Assembly (NCBI GenBank): GCA_027340875.1
Contig: DAIENX010000002.1
Span: 1-64,000, forward strand
DNA from: Elusimicrobiota bacterium
GTDB lineage: Bacteria > Elusimicrobiota > Elusimicrobia > Elusimicrobiales > UBA9959
Reading direction: 5' to 3'
DNA: 64,000 nt
Below are positions 27,363 through 35,515 of this stretch, in pieces. A model generated the notes under the pieces. That model ran no database searches, was not told where the DNA came from, and saw only the letters and a list, made by a program, of their open reading frames with translations. Position 1 is the stretch's first letter, and each line of letters opens with the position of its first letter. A program made the position numbers and the translations under genes.

Positions 27363-28541
27363 TCAGCGTCCTATGTCCGTGGGCGCGCGGCCCAGGGAGT
27401 TCAGCAGCTTCACAACGGCCTGGATGCGGGAAGGCACGTCGTCCTCCACGCCGGCCCGGCCGGGGTAGATCTCGTACTGCCTGCGGTACTTCACCGGGGT
27501 CACGTTGATCATCAGGGAGTTCGCGCCGGCCATCAGCCCTTCCCTGGCGCCGTTGTCCTTGTCGAGCGTCTCGAGCGCGGTGGTGACCAGGATGTTGGCC
27601 TCCGGGTTCATCAGCCGGGCTCGTGCTATGGTGTCCAGCATGGAGCCCAGCGGCGGCAACTTCTCCGCGGAAAGCGGCGTCTCGGGGTGCGGGATGAACG
27701 GGCCGAAAGAGAACATCTCCGCGCCCAGCTCGGCGGTGAGCCGGATGTTCCTGAAGGTGTCGCGGTTGGAGCCGCCCGGCAGGCCGGCGAGGAAGCCCGT
27801 GATGATCATGTAGCCGAGTTCCCGGACGCCGCGTATCAGTTCCAGCCGCGCGTCCAGAGAAGCGCCGGGCTTCATGCGGCCGAACAGGTCCGGGTTCGAG
27901 GTCTCGAAGCGCATAAGTACGCCGCGGGCGCCGGCCTTGTAGAGCGCGGCGTAGGTGGAAAGCGGGCGCGGGCCGATGCTGACTATCAGCAGCACCGGGC
28001 AGCGCTTAAGGATGCCCGAGACTATGCGGGCGAGCTTCGCCTCGTCGTACCAGGGGTCCTCGCCGGACTGGAGCACCAGGGCCTTGAACCCCAGCTCCTT
28101 CACGGCGTATTCCACCGCGTCGAGGATCTCGTCCTCGGTCATGCGGTAGCGGCCGACGGCGGAGTTGTCGCGGCGCAGGCCGCAGTAGAGGCAGTTGGCC
28201 GCGCAATGGCTGGAGAACTCGAGGATGCCGTGCACGCAGCAGGAGTTGCCGAGCTTCTTCTGCCGTACGGCGTTGGCGCGCTCGTGGAGCGTGCGCGGCG
28301 CGGCGGCCAGCTTCCTGTCGGTGTCGCGCAGGCGGAAGAAGAGCCGGCGCCACTCGGCCATGATCTCCATGGCCTCGTCCTCCGGCACGGTCTGGATCAC
28401 GAAACCGCCCTGCGCGTAGACGTAGTCGCCTACCGAGACGCTGGCCAGGCCCGTGTGCGCCTTCTTGGTCTCGTCGAAGTACTCTATGGTGGCGGCGAAG
28501 CCTTCTAGCTTTACCACCTTGCCGGGTATGGCGTAGCACAT
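27363..28541 (-). CDS. Fusion: N-terminal HypC/HupF domain + HydE-like radical SAM domain
   Basis: MCYAIPGKVV...VGDYVYAQGGF...EDEA (HypC); GILEFSSHCAANCLYCGLRRDN..RYRM, LQSGED, RFET, GPFIPHPETPL, GANSLM..YEIY (HydE-like). Confidence 0.85.
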   Translation of the reverse strand: MCYAIPGKVVKLEGFAATIEYFDETKKAHTGLASVSVGDYVYAQGGFVIQTVPEDEAMEIMAEWRRLFFRLRDTDRKLAAAPRTLHERANAVRQKKLGNSCCVHGILEFSSHCAANCLYCGLRRDNSAVGRYRMTEDEILDAVEYAVKELGFKALVLQSGEDPWYDEAKLARIVSGILKRCPVLLIVSIGPRPLSTYAALYKAGARGVLMRFETSNPDLFGRMKPGASLDARLELIRGVRELGYMIITGFLAGLPGGSNRDTFRNIRLTAELGAEMFSFGPFIPHPETPLSAEKLPPLGSMLDTIARARLMNPEANILVTTALETLDKDNGAREGLMAGANSLMINVTPVKYRRQYEIYPGRAGVEDDVPSRIQAVVKLLNSLGRAPTDIGR

Positions 28542-28550
28542 GGCGAGCTC

Positions 28551-29927
28551 CTAGAAGTAGAGGTCCCTGCGGCCCCTGGCTATCTGGGCGAGGCGCCTGC
28601 CGGCCTCTTCCCTCAGGGCCAGGTTCTCGATGCCGCCTACGCATCTGCGGATGAGCTCCCTGCCCTTCCGGCGCAGCCCGGCGTCGCCGAAGTCGCTCAG
28701 GTACTCGGCGAAGGTCAGGGCGGCGTTCAGGTCGCAGAACTTGTGGATGTGGCCGGGCTTGGAGAGCTCCATGAATCGCTCTCCGGTGCGGCCGCTGCGG
28801 TAGCAGGCCGTGCAGAAGCTGGGTATCAGGTCGCTCTCGGCCGCGGCGCGCACCACCTCGCGCAGCGGGCGGGCGTCGTGGATGTCGAACTGAGGCTGCC
28901 TGGCGCCGCTGCAGTAGCCGCCGGTCACCGGCACGGAGCCGGCGGAAGCCTGCGAGACGCCGATGTCGAAGGCCCTGCGGCGGATCTCGGGACTTTCCCG
29001 GGTGGACAGGATGATGCCGGCGTAGGGCATGGCCAGCCGGAGTATGGCTATCAGCTTCAGGAAGTCGGCGTCGCTGACGGGATGGGCCGGCTTGTAGCTG
29101 ACCGAGGGGGCCTCGCGCAGCCTTGGCACGGAGATGGTGTGGGGGCCGACGTTGTGCACTGCCTCCAGGTTCCTCGCGTGCGCGGCCAGGCCCAGCAGCT
29201 CGAAGCGCCAGTCGTAGAGCCCGAACAGGACCCCCAGGCCGACGTCGTCTATGCCGCCCTCGAAGGCTCGGCCCGGAGCCCCGAGCTGCCGCTCATAGTC
29301 CGCTTTGGGGCCGGTGTGCAGGCTCTCGTAGGTGGGGCGGTGATAGGTCTCCTGGAAAAGCTGGTAGGTGCCGATGCCGGCCTCCTTGAGCTTTCTGTAG
29401 TTCTCTGGTGTGGTGGCGGCGATGTTGACGTTGACCCTGCGGATGTTGCCCTTCGGGACCTTCACCGAGTAGATCCTCTTTATCACGCTTACGATGTAGT
29501 CTATCGTGTTGCGGGACGGGTCCTCGCCGGCCTCGAGCAGGATGCGTTTGTGGCCCTGGCCTATCAGGAACCTGGTCTCCCTCTCCACCTCGGCCAGCGT
29601 CAGCTTGCGCCTGCTCATGCTCCTATTGGCGGAGCGGAAGTTGCAGTAGCAGCACTCGTTGACGCAGTGGTCGGAGACGTAGAGCGGCGCGAACAGGACC
29701 AGCCTGCGCCCGTATATCTCGCGCTTTACTTCGGAGGCGGCGCGGAACAGCCGCTCGGTCAGCGCGGTATCGGTGACGTGCACCAGCCTGGCGACGTCGG
29801 CCAGGGCGAGGCCTTTCTTCTTCCGCGCCTTCTCTATTATCGCGGCGATCTCGCCGTTCGACGGGTTCTTGGCCCTGTCGAGCATGTCCTGCAGGAAGCC
29901 GGTCCTCAGCGATAGCGGCACGGTCAT
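28551..29927 (-). CDS. hydG: HydG-type tyrosine-lyase radical SAM protein ([FeFe]-hydrogenase maturase family)
   Basis: FAPLYVSDHCVNECCYC; IRRVNVN; YQLFQETYH; GPHTISVPR; C-terminal CX2CX22C (CTAC...KFC). Confidence 0.88.
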   Translation of the reverse strand: MTVPLSLRTGFLQDMLDRAKNPSNGEIAAIIEKARKKKGLALADVARLVHVTDTALTERLFRAASEVKREIYGRRLVLFAPLYVSDHCVNECCYCNFRSANRSMSRRKLTLAEVERETRFLIGQGHKRILLEAGEDPSRNTIDYIVSVIKRIYSVKVPKGNIRRVNVNIAATTPENYRKLKEAGIGTYQLFQETYHRPTYESLHTGPKADYERQLGAPGRAFEGGIDDVGLGVLFGLYDWRFELLGLAAHARNLEAVHNVGPHTISVPRLREAPSVSYKPAHPVSDADFLKLIAILRLAMPYAGIILSTRESPEIRRRAFDIGVSQASAGSVPVTGGYCSGARQPQFDIHDARPLREVVRAAAESDLIPSFCTACYRSGRTGERFMELSKPGHIHKFCDLNAALTFAEYLSDFGDAGLRRKGRELIRRCVGGIENLALREEAGRRLAQIARGRRDLYF

Positions 29928-29984
29928 AGGTTCCTCCGATCCATAGTTGTCTGCCTGTGCCCGGCCGTGGCCGGGAAAAATAGT

Positions 29985-30473
29985 TCAACGGGGCCCGAAT
30001 TCCAGCAGGCAGCCCAGTATCAGCCGCGCGGAGCTCTCTACTTCCCGCGACAGGCCGGCGCCGTAGGCGGTGTTCTTGGGCTGTATGCCCAGAAACACGG
30101 TGCGGGCGCTGGTGTCCTCGCCTATTATCCCGGCGACTACGCTCAGCGGTATGGAATGGGTGGAGAGGGTGCCTTCTCCGATGTGTTCCGGAGCTATGAC
30201 GCGCACCTCGCCCGGGCTGCCGCCGAAATCCGCCGCGTCGATGAATATCACCTTCGCCGGCTTCAGCCCGGCGGCCTTGTCGACCACGCTCTCCGGCCTA
30301 TCGAAGGCGTTGATGAGTCTGAAGCCCAGCTCCCGGCCCAGCAGGCGGCCGCCGATGAACGGCCCCACCCCGTCGTCGCCCCTGAACGGGTTGCCGACCG
30401 TTATCACGAGGGTGTCGCCGCCCTCGCAGGGGGCCAGCGCCTGCCTGGCTTCAGCGGTTAACGTAGGTGACAT
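29985..30473 (-). CDS. Hydrogenase maturation endopeptidase (HycI/HybD family)
   Basis: VGNPFRGDDGVG, FIDAADFG..PG, STH, LGIQP. Confidence 0.9.
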   Translation of the reverse strand: MSPTLTAEARQALAPCEGGDTLVITVGNPFRGDDGVGPFIGGRLLGRELGFRLINAFDRPESVVDKAAGLKPAKVIFIDAADFGGSPGEVRVIAPEHIGEGTLSTHSIPLSVVAGIIGEDTSARTVFLGIQPKNTAYGAGLSREVESSARLILGCLLEFGPR

Positions 30474-31779
30474 TGAGCATATGCGTCGAGCAGGAGATGC
30501 AGGGGTCGTAGGCCCTTACCAGCATCTCGAGCGCGAGCGTTATCTCCTCTTCGGTCTTGTGCAGTATCTCCGGCAGCAGTTTCTTCATGTCGTGCTGGAT
30601 ATTGTTGATGTTCTGGTTCGTCGGGATGATGCAGTTGGCGTTGACTATGGCGCCCTTGGCGTCCGTCTGGTAGTTGTGGAACAGCGTCCCGCGCGGCACC
30701 TCCACGGCGCCCACGCCGTCCCCGGCGCGGAGCGGGACCTTGCCCTGTTCGTTCACCCCGACCAGCACCTGCTCGTCGTAGTTGATCCCGCGCTTGCGCA
30801 GGTCGTTCAGGATGGCGATCGCGTCCTCCAGGCAGTGCACGCACTCCACCAGCTGGGCGGCGGTGTTGAGGTAGGGGTTGCGGCAGACGGGTTTCAGGCC
30901 TATCCGCTCGGCCACGGCCTTGGCGTCCGGGTGCAGCTTGGCGGAGTTGAGATTGAAGCGGGCCAGCGCGCCTACCGCGTAGGACTCGCGGCTGAGCTTC
31001 GTGAACTTGGCGGAGGAGCGCGGGTCCACGAACTCGTTGGTGACCTTCCTGTACTCCTTCTTGCTCATCCGCACGCCGTCCGTGGAGCCGATGTCCCCCT
31101 CCAGGAACGGGTACTCGGGGCCGTCGTTGACCATGGCCACGTACTCGGTGTCGCGCTCGAACTCCGGGAACTTGAAGCCGGCGGCCAGGTCCACGGTCAC
31201 GGCCATGTCCGCGCGCATGCCGCGCAGGATGTTCAGCATGCGGTCTATGTCGTGCTCGGAGGGCAGCTTGGTGAAGCCTCCGGCGACGCAGGAGATCGGG
31301 TGCACATGGCGGCCGACCAGGATCTCGCAGAGGTCGTTGCAGTCCTTCTTCATGCGCAGTGCCCGCCTGACCACCTTGTTGTGCGTGGCCACCAGCGGCA
31401 CGAAGCTCTTGACCCCCAGCATGTCCGGGGCTACCAGCAGGTAGATGTGCAGGATATGGCTGTCCAGCGTCTCGAAGTGCATCAGCAGCTTGCGCAGCTT
31501 CAGGGTCTGGTCGGTGGGGGCTATCCCGAGGGCGTCCTCGGCGGCCTGTATGGAGGCCAGCGAATGGCCGCACGAGCAGATGCCGCAGATGCGGCTGGTG
31601 ATGTGCTGCGCCTCGAACACCGAGCGGCCGCGCAGCATGCCCTCGAAGAAGCGCGGGGCCTCGACGACGTTGAACTCGCATTTCTCTATGCGGCCCTCCC
31701 TGACGTTGACCACGATGTTGCCGTGGCCCTCGACGCGGGTGACGTATTCGCTCTTGATGTCTACGTTCTTGTTAGCCAT
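30451..31779 (-). CDS. Group 3b [NiFe]-hydrogenase large (alpha) subunit
   Basis: TRVEGHG; PRFFEG; L1 SRICGIC; EVPRG; L2 RAYDPCISCSTH plus short cleavable tail; start placed at MANKNV. Confidence 0.93.
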   Translation of the reverse strand: MANKNVDIKSEYVTRVEGHGNIVVNVREGRIEKCEFNVVEAPRFFEGMLRGRSVFEAQHITSRICGICSCGHSLASIQAAEDALGIAPTDQTLKLRKLLMHFETLDSHILHIYLLVAPDMLGVKSFVPLVATHNKVVRRALRMKKDCNDLCEILVGRHVHPISCVAGGFTKLPSEHDIDRMLNILRGMRADMAVTVDLAAGFKFPEFERDTEYVAMVNDGPEYPFLEGDIGSTDGVRMSKKEYRKVTNEFVDPRSSAKFTKLSRESYAVGALARFNLNSAKLHPDAKAVAERIGLKPVCRNPYLNTAAQLVECVHCLEDAIAILNDLRKRGINYDEQVLVGVNEQGKVPLRAGDGVGAVEVPRGTLFHNYQTDAKGAIVNANCIIPTNQNINNIQHDMKKLLPEILHKTEEEITLALEMLVRAYDPCISCSTHMLNVTYVNR

Positions 31780-32522
31780 TATTTCTTTCCTTCCCTGCAC
31801 TTGTTGTACATGTCCATCTTCGCGGCTATCATCGCGGGGGTCACGTTGTACTTGGCCATCACGTCCTTGGCGGCGTTCTCGCGCGGGTTGCTGATCATGC
31901 CGCGGCAGCCGTAGCAGACGTTGTTGTTGTTGACGCACCAGGAATTGCAGCCCGCCCTGGTGACCGGGCCCATGCAGGTCACGCCGCGCTCGTACATGCA
32001 GACGTTCTCGTTGAACTTGCACTCCACGCAGACCGGGTGGTCCGGCACGGTATAGGGCATCCCCTTCAGGATGTGCTTGAGGACCTCCACCAGCTCGGGG
32101 ATGTAGGCCGGGCAGTTGTTGATGGTGTAGTCCACCTTGACCACCTGGTGCAGCGGCCTGGTCTTGGCGGTGGGGAAGCTCTTGTGGTCGGCGCCGTAGA
32201 CGTACTTGCCTATCTCCTCCAGGTCGAACGAGTTCTTCATCCCGTTCACGCCGCCGGTGGCGGCGCAGGCGCCGAAGGCCACCAGGACCTTGGCCCTCTC
32301 CCGGATCTTCTTGAGCCGTTCCGCGGAGTGGTCGTCGGTGACGCTGCCCTCCACGAACGCTACGTCGTACTTCCATTCCCACTTCTCGGACATGACCTCG
32401 CGGAACTCCACTACGTCCACCAGCTCGAGCACGTCGAGCAGGGTCTCGCCCATGTTGGCGAGCTGCAATTGGCAGCCCTCGCAGCAGGACAGATCGAAGA
32501 AAGCGACTTTAGGTTTTGACAT
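31779..32522 (-). CDS. Group 3b [NiFe]-hydrogenase small (delta) subunit
   Basis: SCCEGCQ, VEGSV, GACAATGG, NCP, VCVECK, CMGPVTRAGC, CYGCRG. Confidence 0.92.
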   Translation of the reverse strand: MSKPKVAFFDLSCCEGCQLQLANMGETLLDVLELVDVVEFREVMSEKWEWKYDVAFVEGSVTDDHSAERLKKIRERAKVLVAFGACAATGGVNGMKNSFDLEEIGKYVYGADHKSFPTAKTRPLHQVVKVDYTINNCPAYIPELVEVLKHILKGMPYTVPDHPVCVECKFNENVCMYERGVTCMGPVTRAGCNSWCVNNNNVCYGCRGMISNPRENAAKDVMAKYNVTPAMIAAKMDMYNKCREGKK

Positions 32523-32536
32523 GGCGGTCCTCCGGG

Positions 32537-33379
32537 TCACATCTTGGCTACGTTCTTTATCCTGTCGTAGCTGAACACCGGCCCGTCCTGGCAGCAGTAG
32601 TAGTTGTCGATGCTGTCGATCTGGCAGTGCCCGCACTTCCCCATGCCGCATTTCATGTGCCGCTCCAGGGAGAGGATGATGTTGCGCTCGGCTATCTTCT
32701 TCTTCAGCAGCTCGGAGATCACGAACTTGTACATGACAGGGGGGCCTACCACCACGGCGAAGGTCCTCTCCGGGTTGATCGTGACGCCCGGGATGATGGA
32801 GGTTATCAGGCCGATGTTGCCGGCCCAGTCCGGGCTGCCCTTGTCCACGGTCACGTTGAAGTTGACGTCCACCCGCTTCTGCCAGAACTCCAGGTCGTCG
32901 GCGAAGAGCATCTCGCTGGGGTTGCGGCAGCCCAGCAGGATGTCCACCTTGCCGAACTCGCGCCGGTTGTCGATCACGTAGTTTATCAGCGAGCGCAGCG
33001 GCGCTATGCCGAGGCCGCCCGCCACGAAGATCAGGTCGTTGCCGGCCAGCACCTTGACCGGGAAGCCCTTGCCGAACGGGCCGCGGATGCCGATCTCGTC
33101 GCCGGCCTCGAGGGCGTGCATAGCGTTGGTGACCCGGCCGGCCGCGCGCACGCAGAGCTCGAAGGAGCCGCGCTTGGTGGGGGAGGAGCAGAGCGAGATA
33201 GGGGCCTCGCCCACGCCGAAGACCGAGACCTGGACGAACTGGCCTGGCTCGTAGTCCATCGCGCGGCCGTTGTCCAGCTCTATCTCGAAGAGCTTCTCCG
33301 AGGGGGTCATCCGCTTGACGCGGATGATGCGGCCTTTCCTGACGCGCCAGTTAGAGTTGACGAGCTCTTCCTTTATCAT
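32537..33379 (-). CDS. Sulfhydrogenase gamma subunit (FAD/NAD(P)-binding, [2Fe-2S])
   Basis: PGQFVQV..GVGEAPIS, RGPFGKGF, AGGLGIAPLRS, GPPVM, ERHMKCGMGKCGHC, CQDGPVF. Confidence 0.92.
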   Translation of the reverse strand: MIKEELVNSNWRVRKGRIIRVKRMTPSEKLFEIELDNGRAMDYEPGQFVQVSVFGVGEAPISLCSSPTKRGSFELCVRAAGRVTNAMHALEAGDEIGIRGPFGKGFPVKVLAGNDLIFVAGGLGIAPLRSLINYVIDNRREFGKVDILLGCRNPSEMLFADDLEFWQKRVDVNFNVTVDKGSPDWAGNIGLITSIIPGVTINPERTFAVVVGPPVMYKFVISELLKKKIAERNIILSLERHMKCGMGKCGHCQIDSIDNYYCCQDGPVFSYDRIKNVAKM

Positions 33380-34422
33380 GCGGCCTCCTTTACCAGTGCT
33401 GTAAGCGTTTCCTTGAGCCGGATGCCCGCCATGCAGGTCCGGGTGCACCTGCCGCAGCCGGTGCAGAAGAAGCGGTAGTACTTGCCGAGCGAGAAGCGGA
33501 ACTTGCGGTAATGGCGGTGCCGCAGGCGCTCGGCCTGGCCGCTGCGGAAATTCTCGCCGCCGGCCACCTTGGCGAAGGTCTCGACCTCGCAGGAATCCCA
33601 GGTCCGGACGCGCTTGCCGCTCTTCAGGTCCAGGTTCAGCGTGTCGGCTATGTCGAAGCAGTAGCAGGTGGGGCAGACGTTGGTGCAGTTGCCGCAGCCC
33701 AGGCATTTGTCCCCGATGGCCTTCCAGACCGGGCTGTTCTCGCTCTTGTCGAAGATGGCCGGGAGCTTCTTGCGGTCGACGTTCACCTCGTCCTTGAAGC
33801 GGGAGCGCTTGGCGTCCCTGATGGCGTAGAGCGCCTCCATCTGGGCCTGCGTGGCGGGCTTGAACAGGTTGCTGCTGTCCACCAGGTCGTCGCCGGCCTG
33901 GGTGTTCACGTGCGCCATGAAGACCTCTCCCATGTCGGTGAAGAACAGGTCGTAGCCGCCGTTGGGGAAGTTCGAGTTCATCAGGTTGCAGCTGGCGTGC
34001 TCGTCGCAGTACTCGGTGCACTCCAGGCCGATGACGGTTATGTTGTCCTTGCGGCGCAGGTAGTTGTAGTCGCGCGGTCTTTCGGAGAAGACGATGTTCA
34101 GGCACTGGATGCCGTTCAGGTCGCAGGTGTGGACTCCGAAGATGACGGTGTTCTCGTGCTCGAGCAGGGCCTCGGCGTTCTCCACGTGGCCGGTGCTGAA
34201 GCTCAGCATCGTCTCCTTCTGCGGCAGGAAGTACTTCTTGGGGGGCAGTATCGTGGGTATGTGCTTGAGGGCTATGTCGTTAGCGGAGGTGACCTCCGTG
34301 AAGGCGTAGTTGCCGTAGCCCTTGCTGACCGGCGCCACCACCTTGTGATTGCGCGAGAGCTTCACGATGAAGCTGTTAAGGTCGTCTTTTCTGAGGATGA
34401 AGTACCGCGTGTGCGTTCCCAT
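33376..34422 (-). CDS. Sulfhydrogenase beta subunit (4Fe-4S dicluster, AsrA-like)
   Basis: PPKKYFLP, FGVHTCD, CLGCGNCTNVCPTCYC, WDSC, CTGCGRCTRTC; GGAGG RBS before MGTHT. Confidence 0.9.
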   Translation of the reverse strand: MGTHTRYFILRKDDLNSFIVKLSRNHKVVAPVSKGYGNYAFTEVTSANDIALKHIPTILPPKKYFLPQKETMLSFSTGHVENAEALLEHENTVIFGVHTCDLNGIQCLNIVFSERPRDYNYLRRKDNITVIGLECTEYCDEHASCNLMNSNFPNGGYDLFFTDMGEVFMAHVNTQAGDDLVDSSNLFKPATQAQMEALYAIRDAKRSRFKDEVNVDRKKLPAIFDKSENSPVWKAIGDKCLGCGNCTNVCPTCYCFDIADTLNLDLKSGKRVRTWDSCEVETFAKVAGGENFRSGQAERLRHRHYRKFRFSLGKYYRFFCTGCGRCTRTCMAGIRLKETLTALVKEAA

Positions 34423-34483
34423 AAGATGCCTCCGTGGCCGGGGCCCCGGCCTGGGACTTTCCGTCGGAAAATCCTCTATATTT

Positions 34484-34512
34484 ATTGTGCAACATGGGGG
34501 GGCCGCTGTAAA
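34484..34512 (-). promoter_or_regulatory. Putative sigma70 promoter of the hydrogenase operon
   Basis: Minus strand TTTACA-17 nt-CACAAT in an AT-richer patch about 60 nt upstream of the beta subunit start. Confidence 0.35.
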
Positions 34513-34715
34513 CAAGAACGGTCAACAGCGGGATTGAATTTAGTCAGGTCCCGGGGGGGAGTATGGTCAAGCCGCGCCCTGCCTTCGCCTGGCGCGCTGA
34601 CGGCAAGGATATCCGCTTTCGGTCCCCCCGGTCCGGTCCCCAGATAACTGGATTTGTACGATATTTGGCCTGCCCGGGCAAGTAGCCTGTCGCGGTTATT
34701 CTATAATAGTCAGGT

Positions 34716-35447
34716 ATGAAGAAGCGCTTGGACGTCGCGTGCGTGGAACTGGGGCTTTTCGAAAGCCGCGAGAAGGCCCTGCGCGCCATAATGGCGGGGC
34801 TGGTCATCGTCAACGGGAAGCCGGCCGACAAGGCCGGCATGCCGGTGCGGGACGGGGACGTGCTGGACCTGGCCGCCCCCGGCTGCCCTTACGTCTCCCG
34901 CGGGGGGCTGAAGCTGAAAGGGGCATTGGAGGCCTTCGGGCTGGAGCCCGCGGGCAAGATCTGCCTGGACGTCGGCGTGGCTACCGGCGGTTTCACCGAC
35001 TGCTTCCTGCAGGCCGGCGCTTCCAGGGTCTACGCCGTGGACGTAGGCGAGGGCCAGATCCACGAGAAGATAAAAGCCGACCCGCGCGTGGTCTTCATGC
35101 CGCGCACGAACGCGCGCTTCCTCAAGCCGGAGCTTTTCCCGGAGAGGCCGGAACTGTGCGCGATAGACGTCTCTTTCATCTCGCTGAAGCTTATCCTCGG
35201 GCCAGTTCTGTCGGTGATTGCTCCCGGAGGGAAGGTAATAGCCCTGGTCAAGCCGCAGTTCGAACTGCAGCCTTCTGACCTGCGCAAAGGCATCGTAAAG
35301 GACGAGGAGACAAGACTGGGCGTGATGGTCTCCATGAGGGCTTTCCTTGCGGGATCCCTGCCCGGCGCGCAAGAACTGGGCCTGAGGGATTCTCCTATAA
35401 AGGGCGCGAAGGGGAACCTCGAGTTCCTCTGGCTGCTGGGTGTTTAA
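34716..35447 (+). CDS. tlyA: TlyA-family rRNA methyltransferase
   Basis: S4 domain (RLDV..SREKA); YVSRGGLKL; TGGFTD; DVSFISL; LVKPQFE; SPIKG..GN.EF. Confidence 0.93.
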   Translation: MKKRLDVACVELGLFESREKALRAIMAGLVIVNGKPADKAGMPVRDGDVLDLAAPGCPYVSRGGLKLKGALEAFGLEPAGKICLDVGVATGGFTDCFLQAGASRVYAVDVGEGQIHEKIKADPRVVFMPRTNARFLKPELFPERPELCAIDVSFISLKLILGPVLSVIAPGGKVIALVKPQFELQPSDLRKGIVKDEETRLGVMVSMRAFLAGSLPGAQELGLRDSPIKGAKGNLEFLWLLGV

Positions 35448-35464
35448 TAGCTTCCCCCCGGAGG

Positions 35465-35503
35465 AAAAAAGAAAGGGCCCCTTCCGGGGCCCTTTCTTTT
35501 TTT
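35465..35503. terminator. Bidirectional Rho-independent terminator
   Basis: AAAAAAGAAAGGGCCCC-ttcc-GGGGCCCTTTCTTTTTT between convergent genes. Confidence 0.85.
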
Positions 35504-35515
35504 AGGCTGTACGGC

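Noticed and set aside
28551..29927. Annotating the two rSAM genes as thiH and bioB (vitamin synthesis)
   Set aside because: The HydG-specific auxiliary cluster motif, the HydE-type YxxY, the HypC fusion and the absence of thi/bio neighbours argue against it
30480..30510. Possible [NiFeSe] hydrogenase
   Set aside because: The L2 motif DPCISC uses Cys codons; there is no in-frame TGA
30451..32382. 643-aa ORF suggesting an N-terminally extended or fused hydrogenase large subunit
   Set aside because: The extension is an off-frame read through the delta subunit gene; homology starts at ATG 31779, which overlaps the delta stop (TAATG)
32537..34105. 522-aa ORF suggesting a beta-gamma fusion
   Set aside because: The upstream part is an off-frame shadow of the beta gene; the gamma subunit starts at 33379 after GGAGG
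34540..34640. TCAGGTCC followed by a G-run, reminiscent of SRP RNA helix 8
   Set aside because: The GGAAGGAAGCAGC continuation and a convincing long stem are absent
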